Part shown: positions 1 through 10,572 of the stretch, in pieces | Layout: every line of letters begins with the position of its first letter | Position numbering within the stretch: the first letter of the stretch is position 1 | Origin: a virus | Length of the DNA stretch: 64,000 nt | Strand: one strand, 5' to 3' | Virus record (IMG/VR): IMGVR_UViG_3300020179_001470 | Span: 1-64,000 of that record | Notes under the pieces: generated by a model | Told to the model about the DNA's origin: nothing | Databases searched by the model: none | What the model saw: the letters and a program-made list of their open reading frames with translations, nothing else | Made by a program: the position numbers and the translations under genes

Positions 1-703
1 CTTTAATTGGTTTTGGTTTTGAAATATTATATTCAATCTTTGGTACGATGTTAATTGGTAAAACATCCTTAAAACGTTCTACATATAATTCTCTATTCTT
101 TTCCCAAGAATCATTGGTCATTCCGATTGATTTATGTGTAATTCGGATATTATAGATTACACCAATCGGTACACCGCTCAAATGATTTTCCGTACAAAAC
201 GTCATATCATAAAAATGGAATCCCGATACCGACTCATTAAATGTGTTTTTAATTCTATTTTTATGTACGGCAATAAATAAACCATCTACTAAACAAACCT
301 CGTGAATTGAATTTGGAATACCGTTAGCATATCTTGACTCCCATTTTTTACCCTCGTTTTCGTGATTAACAATACCAACCATTTTAGTATTATCTGTCCA
401 CCACCTACCACTTTCATGCACATTAGTTGTACCAGCAACCCCAAGAATACCGTAATTAGATTCTTCAAAATGTTTAATTAATTTTCTACCCCAAGAGTTG
501 GTGTCAAAATAAATGTCGTCGTGACAAAGAACAACAATGTCATTTTGAGATTCTTTAATAATCTCATTGTGTGTTTGAGATAAACTTTTTTCACCATTGT
601 TTACCTTTTCAATAATTTGAACTTTTGGGTGTCCACAAGATTTTCTTAAGTATTCCTGAAACTTTGGGTTTGATACCCTTGTGCTGTAACCTATTGTTAT
701 CAT
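1..703 (-). CDS. Glycosyltransferase (GT-A/GT2-like), runs off the window edge
   Basis: Not in the ORF track. Manual translation from ATG 703 gives MITIGYSTRVSNPKFQEYL...VVLCHDDIYF...GILGVAG...VDGLFIAV...GFHFYD; the frame is still open at position 1. Confidence 0.75.
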   Translation of the reverse strand, partial: MITIGYSTRVSNPKFQEYLRKSCGHPKVQIIEKVNNGEKSLSQTHNEIIKESQNDIVVLCHDDIYFDTNSWGRKLIKHFEESNYGILGVAGTTNVHESGRWWTDNTKMVGIVNHENEGKKWESRYANGIPNSIHEVCLVDGLFIAVHKNRIKNTFNESVSGFHFYDMTFCTENHLSGVPIGVIYNIRITHKSIGMTNDSWEKNRELYVERFKDVLPINIVPKIEYNISKPKPIK

Positions 704-752
704 TTTTTTGTTTTAAACTATTGATGATAATATAAGAAATAAAATCCAAAAC

Positions 753-953
753 TTAAAATTTTGAACCATTTGGAGCTAATCCATTATGATTATCGATTTG
801 TTTTCTGAATTCTTCTCTTGTACTATATAGGTCAAGAGCTCTATTAACTAATTTTTGTAGGTTGATAGAACCATCAATTGATTTTATTTTAAATCTCTTG
901 TACACATCATCAATGACGTTAACACTGGTTAGTTTTGTTTGTTGTTTAGGCAT
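753..953 (-). CDS. Small protein, possible ribbon-helix-helix DNA-binding fold
   Basis: LTSVNV strand followed by two helices (LQKLVNRALDLY); start moved to MPKQQ. Confidence 0.5.
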   Translation of the reverse strand: MPKQQTKLTSVNVIDDVYKRFKIKSIDGSINLQKLVNRALDLYSTREEFRKQIDNHNGLAPNGSKF

Positions 954-1029
954 AATATAAGTATATAAATTTGTATATATTACAAAAGACAAAAAATATC
1001 GGACAAGTTATTAGACTGTCCGATATAAT

Positions 1030-1218
1030 TTATTGTCCTTCTGTGTTCTCTTCGTTAGTTTGATTGTTAATCTCCTCAACCTTTTTTATAATTTGGTCAA
1101 GTTGTTGTTCCATAATTGTAATTTCCCGTGGAGGTGTTGAACTACCTTCTGTAAGTTGAATGTTTACTGTTTGATTGTTAACAGGTTGATTTCTTTTTTT
1201 ACATCCGCATCCGGCCAT
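1030..1218 (-). CDS. Hypothetical protein (N-terminal GCGCKK)
   Basis: 62-aa ORF with an A-rich initiation region. Confidence 0.6.
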   Translation of the reverse strand: MAGCGCKKRNQPVNNQTVNIQLTEGSSTPPREITIMEQQLDQIIKKVEEINNQTNEENTEGQ

Positions 1219-1236
1219 AATTTTGTTAATTTAATT

Positions 1237-1830
1237 TTATTTTATTATTTTGAATTTATGATTATAACAGGTTTTACGTATCGACCCATTGTTGTTTTTA
1301 CCATTATTTACTTTAACACCACGTAATGAATTCGATATTTTCATTCTAACATTTCTTGGGTTACCTTTTGTGAATCCGTTTTTTATCAAGTAATTAGCGC
1401 CATCAACTAATGAATCAAAAATAAACCCCTCATTTGTATTCATATTAGTTAATGAATATTTTTCAATATTCCCATTTTTTTTTAAGTTATGTTTTGATAA
1501 TTTAATTTTCACTTCATCATTATATGTGTTTCTTCTGAATTCGTTTACCGTAGATAAATTAAATCCCTTATTTAAATTATTGGATTCATAAAACTCAATA
1601 TATTCGTTTTCTTTTTTAATCAATTCGTTTAAATCACAGTAATCAATCACTTCAAAAATGAAATTGTCTCTACCATGTTTATTAAATGATTTTTGTAAAT
1701 ACTCATTATCGTGAGAACCTCTTTCTAACATCCAAAAATGTTTATACTCCCGAGATGCGACATCAACACTACTACCAACATACACCTTTTTGTTGACTAA
1801 ATTGGTTATTTTGTAAATCCCGCATCCCAT
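1237..1830 (-). CDS. GIY-YIG endonuclease (homing endonuclease-like)
   Basis: GIYKITN...VYVGSS...R..H...E motifs. Confidence 0.85.
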   Translation of the reverse strand: MGCGIYKITNLVNKKVYVGSSVDVASREYKHFWMLERGSHDNEYLQKSFNKHGRDNFIFEVIDYCDLNELIKKENEYIEFYESNNLNKGFNLSTVNEFRRNTYNDEVKIKLSKHNLKKNGNIEKYSLTNMNTNEGFIFDSLVDGANYLIKNGFTKGNPRNVRMKISNSLRGVKVNNGKNNNGSIRKTCYNHKFKIIK

Positions 1831-1917
1831 GATTTTAAGTTTTTCTATAAATATTTTGGTTTATTGTTTTTTATTCGTTATCTTTTGTAATGATAATAAA
1901 TAGAAAACAATTTGTCA

Positions 1918-2772
1918 ATGGAAATGAATAAAATTTATCAGGGTGACTGCTTAGAATTGTTTAAGGAGTTAAATGACGGAACTGTAGACCTTTTTGTAAC
2001 CAGTCCACCGTACAATGTTGGTATTGGTTATGATACACACAAGGACGATGCTCCGATGGACGAGTATCTTATGTGGTGTAAAAAATGGTTGTCTGAAGTT
2101 TACCGAACACTAAAAGATGATGGTAGAATTGCTTTGAATATACCATATGAAATAAACGTAAGAGAAAGAGGTGGTAGAATTTTCTTAGTGTCTGAATATT
2201 GGCAGATGATGAAAGAAATTGGTTTTGGATTTTTCGGAGTGGTTGATTTGGAAGAAGATTCGCCTCACCGTTCTAAAACAACTGCTTGGGGTTCGTGGAT
2301 GTCACCATCCTCACCTTATATATATAACCCAAAGGAATGCGTAATCTTAGCGTATAAAAAAGATTACAAAAAGAAAGTAAAGGGTGTTTCTCAATGGTCG
2401 TATAATCAAATAGAAGTTGAGGACGAAGAAGGTAATATCAAAAATAAAAGAGTATATTCCGATAAACATAAAAATGAGTTTATGGAACTCGTTTTTGGTC
2501 AATGGAAATACTTTAATGATACCAAATCATTGACTAAAGCTACATTTTCAATAGACATCCCGATGAAAGCGATTAAGATACTATCTTTCAAAGATGATTT
2601 AGTGGTTGATTGTTTTTCGGGTAGTGGAACCACAGCACTTGCCTCTAAAAAACTTGGTAGAAATTATATTGGTTTTGAACTTTCTGAATCGTATACAAAT
2701 ATCTCGAGACAGAGATTAATTGATTATGATAATCAAAAGAAACAAATGGTAATGTTCGAAGAGGAGGATTAA
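1918..2772 (+). CDS. DNA N4-cytosine/N6-adenine methyltransferase (beta class)
   Basis: TSPPY catalytic motif precedes the DCFSGSGTT SAM-binding motif. Confidence 0.9.
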   Translation: MEMNKIYQGDCLELFKELNDGTVDLFVTSPPYNVGIGYDTHKDDAPMDEYLMWCKKWLSEVYRTLKDDGRIALNIPYEINVRERGGRIFLVSEYWQMMKEIGFGFFGVVDLEEDSPHRSKTTAWGSWMSPSSPYIYNPKECVILAYKKDYKKKVKGVSQWSYNQIEVEDEEGNIKNKRVYSDKHKNEFMELVFGQWKYFNDTKSLTKATFSIDIPMKAIKILSFKDDLVVDCFSGSGTTALASKKLGRNYIGFELSESYTNISRQRLIDYDNQKKQMVMFEEED

Positions 2773-3137
2773 CGAATCGGGTTCATAGGTGTACCCAAGT
2801 ACATATTAACTCTATCACCTTCTTTAAAATCATTACACACTCCGGCGGGGAACTCAATAACATGGTCACCTATGCCGGTGTATCTTTTTGGATTCAATTC
2901 ATTTGGTCCGGCTGGTTGACAATCTCTATGTATTTTACTGATTCTATTCTTTAAAACAAAAACAATATCCAAGGGTATTATACAGTTTTTCATCCAAAAA
3001 GAGTGGTGTCCTATTCCGCCCATATTGAAAACCATACAACCCTCTAAATTATCTCTACCCATCATACCCTGACTTATTTCCTCAGGTTCTTTTAAATATT
3101 CCGCGTTAAACTTCGTATTGTTAATAATTACTGACAT
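2769..3137 (-). CDS. DUF192 family protein
   Basis: GMMGR...MVF...FWMKNCIIPLDIVF...VIEFPAG. Confidence 0.8.
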   Translation of the reverse strand: MSVIINNTKFNAEYLKEPEEISQGMMGRDNLEGCMVFNMGGIGHHSFWMKNCIIPLDIVFVLKNRISKIHRDCQPAGPNELNPKRYTGIGDHVIEFPAGVCNDFKEGDRVNMYLGTPMNPIR

Positions 3138-3188
3138 ATTTTTATAAATATTTGACTTTATTGTATTTCTTTATTATATTTTAATATC

Positions 3189-3434
3189 ATGAAAACACTC
3201 TTTAATAATCAATTAAATTTCGACAACAACGATGAATTAGAATTAGTGTTAGATAATTTAAATCCTCAAATGGCGATACAAATTATAGAAATGGGATTAC
3301 AGCACGCTAACTTTATGGGTACTTTTAGTATGGTTGAAACACATAGTTTATATGAATCACTTCAATACTTAAAAAATTATGAATATACGGACAATAATTT
3401 ACGTTCTAATGATTTTGGCGGGAATGATAATTGA
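3189..3434 (+). CDS. Hypothetical protein
   Basis: 81-aa ORF downstream of a promoter-like site. Confidence 0.55.
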   Translation: MKTLFNNQLNFDNNDELELVLDNLNPQMAIQIIEMGLQHANFMGTFSMVETHSLYESLQYLKNYEYTDNNLRSNDFGGNDN

Positions 3435-3544
3435 AAAATACGGAATGGACACTAGCAATCCCGAACTTGAAAAATATTTTGGGTTTGGTTTAATATCACT
3501 TGGTTCCCTCAACATAGTTTTAGACCACTTAAGAAAGAATAAAA

Positions 3545-3754
3545 ATGGATAAAAAGGAAAAAAAATACATCACAGATTTTTTTATCATAAAAAAGAAACA
3601 CCATTGGTTTCTATTCCCGACTCCAATTTTCTATTACCGCAAAGATGAATTTTTTGAAACCGGAGTAACCTCACCAAGTTGGGGATTTACTTTGCGTTTT
3701 TTAATTTTTATGATTGGTGTTCAGTTACAAAAAAATGTATATTATAAAAAATGA
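3545..3754 (+). CDS. Hypothetical protein
   Basis: 69-aa ORF; ATGA overlap with the next gene. Confidence 0.55.
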   Translation: MDKKEKKYITDFFIIKKKHHWFLFPTPIFYYRKDEFFETGVTSPSWGFTLRFLIFMIGVQLQKNVYYKK

Positions 3755-4887
3755 AAACAAAAGTAGAATACGTGTGGTTGGATGGGTATACACCCGAACC
3801 AAACCTAAGAAGTAAAGTAAAAATTGTGGACCTACCGTCACAGTTTGATTTATCAAATATACCAAATTGGGGGTTTGATGGAAGTTCCACTAAACAAGCT
3901 GAGGGTAATTTTTCTGATTGCTACCTTAAACCGATTAAATTGTATCGTTCAGATTCATCAAGGTATTCGAATTTGGATACAATTTATGTTTTGTGTGAGG
4001 TTTTAGATGGCAACAATGAAATTCACCCATCAAACTATCGAGCAAAGGTAGGTGAAGAAGATATGAATTTTTGGGTTGGTTTTGAACAGGAATATTTTAT
4101 TCGTTCTTCACACAATAACCCAATTCTCGGATTTGAAAGAAATGGAATTATTAATGGTCAAGGAATTTATTATTGTGGTGTTGGTGGACACGTTGTTGGT
4201 CGAAACATTTCTGACGAACATTTGAATATGTGTTTAGAATACAATATCAATGTCGAAGGTACCAACGCTGAGGTTGCTTTAGGTCAATGGGAATATCAAA
4301 TTTTTGCCAAGGGTAAAATCGAAGCGTCCGACGATTTATGGATGAGTAGGTACTTCTTACATAAAATAGCCGAGAAATATGGTCGTTCTATTGATTTACA
4401 TCCTAAACCCATGACTTACGGAGAGTGGAACGGTTCAGGTTTACATACGAATTTCTCGAATCAAAAAATGAGAGAAGAAGGTGGTGAACAATATTTCAAC
4501 GCTATTTTTAGGTCTTTTGAAACCAGAACACAAGAACACATTGACTCTTACGGTTCGGATAATTATTTAAGGTTAACAGGTCAATTTGAGACACAATCTA
4601 TTGACAAATTTAGTTGGGGTGTTTCAGACAGAGGTGCATCGATTCGTGTTCCAAAAATTGTTGCGGAAACGTGGAAAGGATATTTGGAAGATAGAAGACC
4701 CGCATCACATGCTGACCCATATAGAATTGTTAAATCAATCAGTGACAGTTTGATATTCGCCGAACATTTAAATAGTATACATAACATGATGAATGTTAAA
4801 ATTGATACTGAAATGATTGTCAATAAATACGGAACATTGTCAGGTGAGGAATTATTAGAAAATTATCGAAAAGATGAAGAAGAATAA
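3751..4887 (+). CDS. glnII: Glutamine synthetase, type II
   Basis: EYVWLDG, WGFDGSST, GFEQEY, NAEVALGQWEYQI, WNGSGLHTNFS, RGASIRVP, GYLEDRRP. Confidence 0.93.
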   Translation: MKTKVEYVWLDGYTPEPNLRSKVKIVDLPSQFDLSNIPNWGFDGSSTKQAEGNFSDCYLKPIKLYRSDSSRYSNLDTIYVLCEVLDGNNEIHPSNYRAKVGEEDMNFWVGFEQEYFIRSSHNNPILGFERNGIINGQGIYYCGVGGHVVGRNISDEHLNMCLEYNINVEGTNAEVALGQWEYQIFAKGKIEASDDLWMSRYFLHKIAEKYGRSIDLHPKPMTYGEWNGSGLHTNFSNQKMREEGGEQYFNAIFRSFETRTQEHIDSYGSDNYLRLTGQFETQSIDKFSWGVSDRGASIRVPKIVAETWKGYLEDRRPASHADPYRIVKSISDSLIFAEHLNSIHNMMNVKIDTEMIVNKYGTLSGEELLENYRKDEEE

Positions 4888-4898
4888 ATTATCATAAA

Positions 4899-5084
4899 AT
4901 GGGAAAAAGAAAAAAAGAACATAGAAAAAAAGTCCAAGCAAGGAACCAAAGGTTACAAAAAGAGGAAACCGCATTAATGAACATGTTCAAAAAATTACAA
5001 GAAATGGGTGACGTTGATTTAGGTAAGATAGAAGAGTCTCCCAATGACTTTGAAAATAAAGAAGAAAATAAAATCGAACAATGA
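4899..5084 (+). CDS. Small basic hypothetical protein
   Basis: MGKRKKEHRKKV...; in operon context. Confidence 0.6.
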   Translation: MGKRKKEHRKKVQARNQRLQKEETALMNMFKKLQEMGDVDLGKIEESPNDFENKEENKIEQ

Positions 5085-5247
5085 TACAACAAGAAATTTT
5101 AGAAACATTTATTTATGAGACATTGAATGGTGAGTTTGGTGTTTCTGACCCGATAGAATTTGACCAAACGATTGGAATTTTCCCTACAAAAATTGAGGCG
5201 GAAAATGAGTTAAAAGAATATATTATTAAGCAACAAATAACTTTTGA

Positions 5248-5494
5248 ATGATGGAGTTCTTAAATTCCCATCCGATAAAAAAATCAGATTTAGGATTTCA
5301 CGGAAATTTGTTCGGTGGAAAATTATTAGCATGGAAAGATGATGTAATTGATTGTCATTCCATGCAACTTTTTGATTACCCAAGAATGGTTACTGTTTTT
5401 ATAGACAAATATTATATTTGTCCGAATAGATGAAAAGGGTAACACGGTTACAATCGGAGAGAAAGGAAGAAACAGAATTCGAAAACTAATTTAG
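5248..5494 (+). pseudogene. Acyl-CoA thioesterase (HotDog) remnant with internal deletion and frameshift
   Basis: N-terminal HGNLFGGKLLAW..MVTV, then out of frame the family-like C-terminus FVRIDEKGN...LI* (5417-5494). Confidence 0.7.
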
Positions 5495-5516
5495 GTGAGA
5501 GAATAAGAAAAAAATA

Positions 5517-5702
5517 ATGTCAACACTTAAAAGACAATATAAAATTTATTTAAAACAAAACCCACACTGTATCTTATCGTTTGAGGAGTGGGAAAAAATG
5601 TTTATAGAAAATTTAAAAATTGGTTTAGAGTTGGGTGATGATTTTTCGGATTGGGACATGACTTTAATAGATAGTATCGAAGATGGGCAAAAAGACACCT
5701 GA
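5517..5702 (+). CDS. Hypothetical protein
   Basis: 61-aa ORF in operon. Confidence 0.5.
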   Translation: MSTLKRQYKIYLKQNPHCILSFEEWEKMFIENLKIGLELGDDFSDWDMTLIDSIEDGQKDT

Positions 5703-6081
5703 TATTCTTGTATGGGATGAAGTAAATGGGTACGATGCTAACAAAAAACATTACCCAACAAATATTGGTTCGCCAAAATTTGATTTACCAAATGTTGGGC
5801 TGATTAAAAAAGAGTCATCAAAAAAAATGATTGATGTTTTTAATCGACAAAGGGAAGAAATAATTCAATCAATAGAAAAACTTCAAAGAGAATATGTGGA
5901 TTCAATAATGGTTTGGGAATCAAAAATTTCTTTTGACCCAATTGTTGGTGAAACATATTATATATATAACTTCAAAGGTGTAAATACGTTATCATTACTA
6001 TCACCTAAAGATTGGAATAGGGATGATGATTTTATTGGTGCGTTTACACTAAATTCAGATAGAAAATGGATACGAAAATGA
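5683..6081 (+). CDS. DUF2452-like protein
   Basis: SFDPIVGETYYIY...LSLLSPKDW...W pattern. Confidence 0.65.
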   Translation: MGKKTPDILVWDEVNGYDANKKHYPTNIGSPKFDLPNVGLIKKESSKKMIDVFNRQREEIIQSIEKLQREYVDSIMVWESKISFDPIVGETYYIYNFKGVNTLSLLSPKDWNRDDDFIGAFTLNSDRKWIRK

Positions 6082-7328
6082 ATAACATCGATAAACAATA
6101 TCAAAACTTACTCCAAGACATCTTAGACAATGGAGTTACAAAAAGTGACCGTACAGGGACTGGAACCATTAGTATTTTTGGTCGTCAGATACGCCATAAA
6201 ATGAGTGAAGGGTTTCCATTACTTACAACCAAGAAAATGGCTTGGAAACAAATTGTGACTGAATTACTTTGGTTTTTAAGAGGTGATACAAACATCAAAT
6301 ACCTTGTGGACAATGATTGTCATATTTGGGACGGAGATTGTTTCGCTAACTACATAAAACATAACCCAAATGCGGATGAACAAATGATTAACGATGCTGG
6401 TCGGATGGTAAATATAAAAGAGTGGTTCATCAACAAAATCAAAACTGATGATGAGTTTGCTAAACAGTGGGGTGAATTAGGACCAATTTATGGTAAGCAC
6501 TGGAGAAGTTGGCATACAAGTTGGGATGTGGTTGAAGATAAAAGTAAGGAGGCTGGTGTAAGGCGTATTGAAAATGGTATAGACCAAATTGCAAACCTAA
6601 TCAACGAACTTAAAACAAATCCCGATAGTAGAAGATTGATGGTTTCAGCTTGGAATGTAGGTGAATTAGACCAAATGGTTCTTCCACCTTGTCACTATGG
6701 ATTTCAAGTTTATACAAGAGAGTTGAATTTAGATGAAAGAATTAATTACTATAACTCAACAAAAGACCCATTAAATCAAAGTAGTGATTACCACGATATC
6801 CATATGGATAGTTTGAGGGTACCTAAACGAGCAATCTCTTTAATGTGGAATCAACGTTCAGTAGATACATTCTTAGGTTTACCATTCAACATCGCGTCTT
6901 ATGGTTTACTACTTGAAATCATTGCTAAAGCAGTCAATATGGTCCCTGATGAATTAATTGGTAACTTAGGTGACACTCATTTGTATTTGAATCATATTGA
7001 ACAAGCTAAGGAACAAATTGGTAGAAAATACACACCTGAGGAAAGAGAAGAGATGTTAAAAGAGGCAATGGGACCTAATGGATATAAAAGAGCGTTGAAT
7101 GACTTAGCTCCATTTGGTGGGGGTATGTCTGAATATTATGAGATATATAAAATATCAAGATACACAAAAGAACCTTTTAAATTACCCAAGATAAAACATA
7201 TGAAGACCGACGAGTTCTATAAATCATTGTCTGAGGATTCATCTTTAATAACTCATTTGGATAATAAAGATTTTCAAATCGAAAATTATCAATCACATCC
7301 ACCTATCAAAGCACCACTAAGTAATTAA
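6078..7328 (+). CDS. thyA: Thymidylate synthase
   Basis: DRTGTGT, GFPLLTTKK, ELLWFLRG, LPPCH, QRSVDTFLGLPFNIASY, GDTHLY. Confidence 0.96.
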   Translation: MNNIDKQYQNLLQDILDNGVTKSDRTGTGTISIFGRQIRHKMSEGFPLLTTKKMAWKQIVTELLWFLRGDTNIKYLVDNDCHIWDGDCFANYIKHNPNADEQMINDAGRMVNIKEWFINKIKTDDEFAKQWGELGPIYGKHWRSWHTSWDVVEDKSKEAGVRRIENGIDQIANLINELKTNPDSRRLMVSAWNVGELDQMVLPPCHYGFQVYTRELNLDERINYYNSTKDPLNQSSDYHDIHMDSLRVPKRAISLMWNQRSVDTFLGLPFNIASYGLLLEIIAKAVNMVPDELIGNLGDTHLYLNHIEQAKEQIGRKYTPEEREEMLKEAMGPNGYKRALNDLAPFGGGMSEYYEIYKISRYTKEPFKLPKIKHMKTDEFYKSLSEDSSLITHLDNKDFQIENYQSHPPIKAPLSN

Positions 7329-7616
7329 TATGGACCATCACACTATTTGGTTTAAACGATGGTTTAACCCAATTTTAAGAAAATTATTTAAGGTTGAGAT
7401 ATGTTCATTGATTGATGGGGAAGTTCTTATTAATTATGGAATTAGAAAATTTAAACCGTTATGAAATTAAGAATTGACATGGTTATGTACCAACTTTACG
7501 TTTTTCCGTATTTGAAAATCACATACGATAAATGGTTGAATGGTAATTATGAAATTATTGTCGGTTGGTTACGTTGGGAGATAGTTATAGAAATAACACC
7601 TAAAACTGAATGAGTT

Positions 7617-7823
7617 ATGAAACCACTTAAAGGAATTACATTAATGATATTAGGAATTATCTTTTATCCGTTAATTGTTACAATTATTGCATTGGAAAAT
7701 TTAGGTGTAATTGATAAACTTAGGGAACTTAATTGGACCGCAATCATAACCTATACCACGATTGGTTTTTTTGCCTTTTTGTGGGTTAGATATTGTCTAT
7801 TGCTATTATATAAATTAATTTAA
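7617..7823 (+). CDS. Small membrane protein
   Basis: Two hydrophobic segments. Confidence 0.55.
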   Translation: MKPLKGITLMILGIIFYPLIVTIIALENLGVIDKLRELNWTAIITYTTIGFFAFLWVRYCLLLLYKLI

Positions 7824-7826
7824 GAG

Positions 7827-8051
7827 ATGTATTTGATTAGAGTCATTAGAAGTTACTTTACAAGAAAACCAAACAGAAAATTATTGTGGACTGTTGAGGA
7901 TTTTAAAACAGCAAAAAGTTGGGCTAAAACTCAACCACACCCGTTTAATAAATGGAAAACATTATGGGATTATGTTTATATTCCACGTCACGATAGTCTT
8001 GAAGTAATTCACGAAGTAAATAAAAGATTGGGATTTCAGAATACAATTTAG
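7827..8051 (+). CDS. Hypothetical protein
   Basis: 74-aa ORF. Confidence 0.55.
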   Translation: MYLIRVIRSYFTRKPNRKLLWTVEDFKTAKSWAKTQPHPFNKWKTLWDYVYIPRHDSLEVIHEVNKRLGFQNTI

Positions 8052-8119
8052 ATGATATTATCTTGGAGAATTACCAAAGTCACTCAACTATTAAAATGCC
8101 CTTATCAAATTAAAAAAAT

Positions 8120-10528
8120 ATGAAATATATTGTTGATTTAAAAAATGTTTCTTTATCCGATATTAATCTAGTGGGTGGTAAAAACGCTTCACTGGGTGAA
8201 ATGATTCAACATCTCGGAATTTTAGGGATAAAAGTTCCTAATGGATTCGCAATAACTGTTAATGGTTATCGTGATTTTATCACTTACAACAAATTAGATA
8301 AATCAATAAAGAAATTAATTTCAAAATTAAATCCTGATGATATCATTGCATTACGTAAAACAGGACTTGAAGTAAGAGAATTGATTCGTAATGGAGTATT
8401 TCCTGAAGATTTGAAAAATGAAATCCAAACAAAATATCGGGAACTATCAGAAACTTATGGACAAACAACAACTGATGTTGCTGTCAGGTCTTCGGCAACG
8501 GCTGAAGATTTACCTGACGCTAGTTTTGCTGGACAGCAAGAAACTTTCTTAAATGTAAGAGGAACGGAATCTATTTTAGAATCTGTAAGAAACTGTTTCG
8601 CTTCATTATTCACTGATAGAGCAATATCATATAGAACATCCTTTGGTTTTAATCACTTTGATGTGGGTTTATCTGTTTGTGTTCAAAAAATGGTTCGTTC
8701 CGATTTATCTTCTTCGGGTGTTGCTTTTTCTTTAGATACCGAAAGTGGATTTAAGGATGTGGTGATGATAAATGGAAGTTATGGTTTAGGTGAAATGATA
8801 GTACAGGGGGCGGTATCACCTGATGAATTTATTGTATTCAAACCACTATTAGAAAAGGGATTTTCACCAATCATAGAAAAAAAATTGGGGAATAAAAATA
8901 AAAAGATGGTCTATGGGGATGGACAAGGTAAATTAACCAAAATTATCAATATAGACGAAGAGCATCAAAGTAATTTTTGTATCAACGATAATCAGGTCTT
9001 ACAAATATCAAAATGGGTTACATCGATTGAAAAATACTATTCAAATCTAAAAGGTTATTGGTGTCCTATGGATGTTGAATGGGCAATAGATGGTTTATCG
9101 AATGAATTGTATATTGTTCAGGCAAGACCAGAAACAATCCATTCAAGAAGAAAAAATGATACATTAATTGAGTATAAAATTAATAGTGAAAATTTAATTC
9201 CTATTCTCAAAGGAAGTGCAATTGGAGATGGAGTTTCTTGTGGTCAAGTTGTTATCATGCACTCTTTGGATGGTAGAGATGGAACGATTGATGTATCAGA
9301 ATTTGTAGAGGGTAGTGTTTTAGTAACCGATATGACCGACCCTGATTGGGAGCCTATTATGAAAAAAGCATCGGCAATCGTTACAAATAAAGGTGGTAGA
9401 ACTTGTCACGCAGCTATAGTTGCTCGAGAAATGGGACTTCCAGCTATTGTTGGAAGTATCAATGCGACAAAATTATTAAAAAATAATCAAAATGTTACGA
9501 TTTCTTGTTGTGAGGGAGATATTGGATTTGTTTATGATGGGTTTATTGATTATGAAAAAAATGAAACCAATCTAAAAGATTTACCACAAATCTCAACTCC
9601 GATAATGTTGAATGTTGGTTCTCCTGAATCGGCATTTAAATTTTCTAATTTACCTAATTCGGGTGTTGGGTTGGCTCGTGAGGAATTTATCATCAATAAT
9701 TACATTAAAGTTCATCCTATGGCTCTTTTAAAACATAAAGAACTTGATGATAATAAACTAACAGATGAAATCAATTCAATCACCAAAGGGTATGAGAATG
9801 AAGAAACCTTTTTTGTAAAAAAATTAAGTTATGGTATAGCAAGAATAGCGGCGGCATTTTACCCACAAAAAGTAATTGTGAGACTTTCTGATTTTAAAAC
9901 AAATGAATATAAAAATTTATTAGGTGGAATTTATTTTGAACCTGATGAGGAAAATCCAATGATTGGGTGGAGGGGTGCTTCAAGATACTACTCTGATAAA
10001 TACAAAGAAGCCTTTGGGATGGAAATCAAAGCAATCAAAAGAGTTAGGGAAAAAATGGGATTAGATAATGTTGTAATTATGATACCATTTTGTAGAACAG
10101 TTGAAGAGTTACTGAATGTTTATAGGGTAATGGAATCTTATGGATTAAAAAGAGGAGAAAGAGGTTTAGAAATATATTTGATGGCCGAATTACCATCAAA
10201 CATTTTTATGGCTGAAGAATTTTCAAAACATATTGATGGTTTTTCAATCGGGTCTAACGATTTAACACAACTGATTTTAGGTTTAGATAGAGATTCTGCT
10301 TTAGTATCTTCAATCTATGATGAAAGAAACATAGCAGTAAAAAGGGCAATATCTCACCTTATTAAAATTAGTAAAAAAACAAATACGAAGGTTGGTATTT
10401 GTGGGCAGGGCCCTTCTGATTTTCCTGATTTCGCGGAGTTTCTTGTAAAAGAGGGAATAGATACAATTTCAGTAACTCCCGATTCATTGTTAAAGACATT
10501 AAAAACACTTAGTAAATTAAAAAATTAA
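8120..10528 (+). CDS. ppsA: Phosphoenolpyruvate synthase
   Basis: VGGKNASLGEM, VAVRSSATAEDLPDASFAGQQET, GGRTCHAAIVARE (phospho-His), FSIGSNDLTQ, GICGQGPSD. Confidence 0.97.
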   Translation: MKYIVDLKNVSLSDINLVGGKNASLGEMIQHLGILGIKVPNGFAITVNGYRDFITYNKLDKSIKKLISKLNPDDIIALRKTGLEVRELIRNGVFPEDLKNEIQTKYRELSETYGQTTTDVAVRSSATAEDLPDASFAGQQETFLNVRGTESILESVRNCFASLFTDRAISYRTSFGFNHFDVGLSVCVQKMVRSDLSSSGVAFSLDTESGFKDVVMINGSYGLGEMIVQGAVSPDEFIVFKPLLEKGFSPIIEKKLGNKNKKMVYGDGQGKLTKIINIDEEHQSNFCINDNQVLQISKWVTSIEKYYSNLKGYWCPMDVEWAIDGLSNELYIVQARPETIHSRRKNDTLIEYKINSENLIPILKGSAIGDGVSCGQVVIMHSLDGRDGTIDVSEFVEGSVLVTDMTDPDWEPIMKKASAIVTNKGGRTCHAAIVAREMGLPAIVGSINATKLLKNNQNVTISCCEGDIGFVYDGFIDYEKNETNLKDLPQISTPIMLNVGSPESAFKFSNLPNSGVGLAREEFIINNYIKVHPMALLKHKELDDNKLTDEINSITKGYENEETFFVKKLSYGIARIAAAFYPQKVIVRLSDFKTNEYKNLLGGIYFEPDEENPMIGWRGASRYYSDKYKEAFGMEIKAIKRVREKMGLDNVVIMIPFCRTVEELLNVYRVMESYGLKRGERGLEIYLMAELPSNIFMAEEFSKHIDGFSIGSNDLTQLILGLDRDSALVSSIYDERNIAVKRAISHLIKISKKTNTKVGICGQGPSDFPDFAEFLVKEGIDTISVTPDSLLKTLKTLSKLKN

Positions 10529-10572
10529 AGCACTATAATAGAGGATGGATTGAGCGATGACAAATAGTAAAA

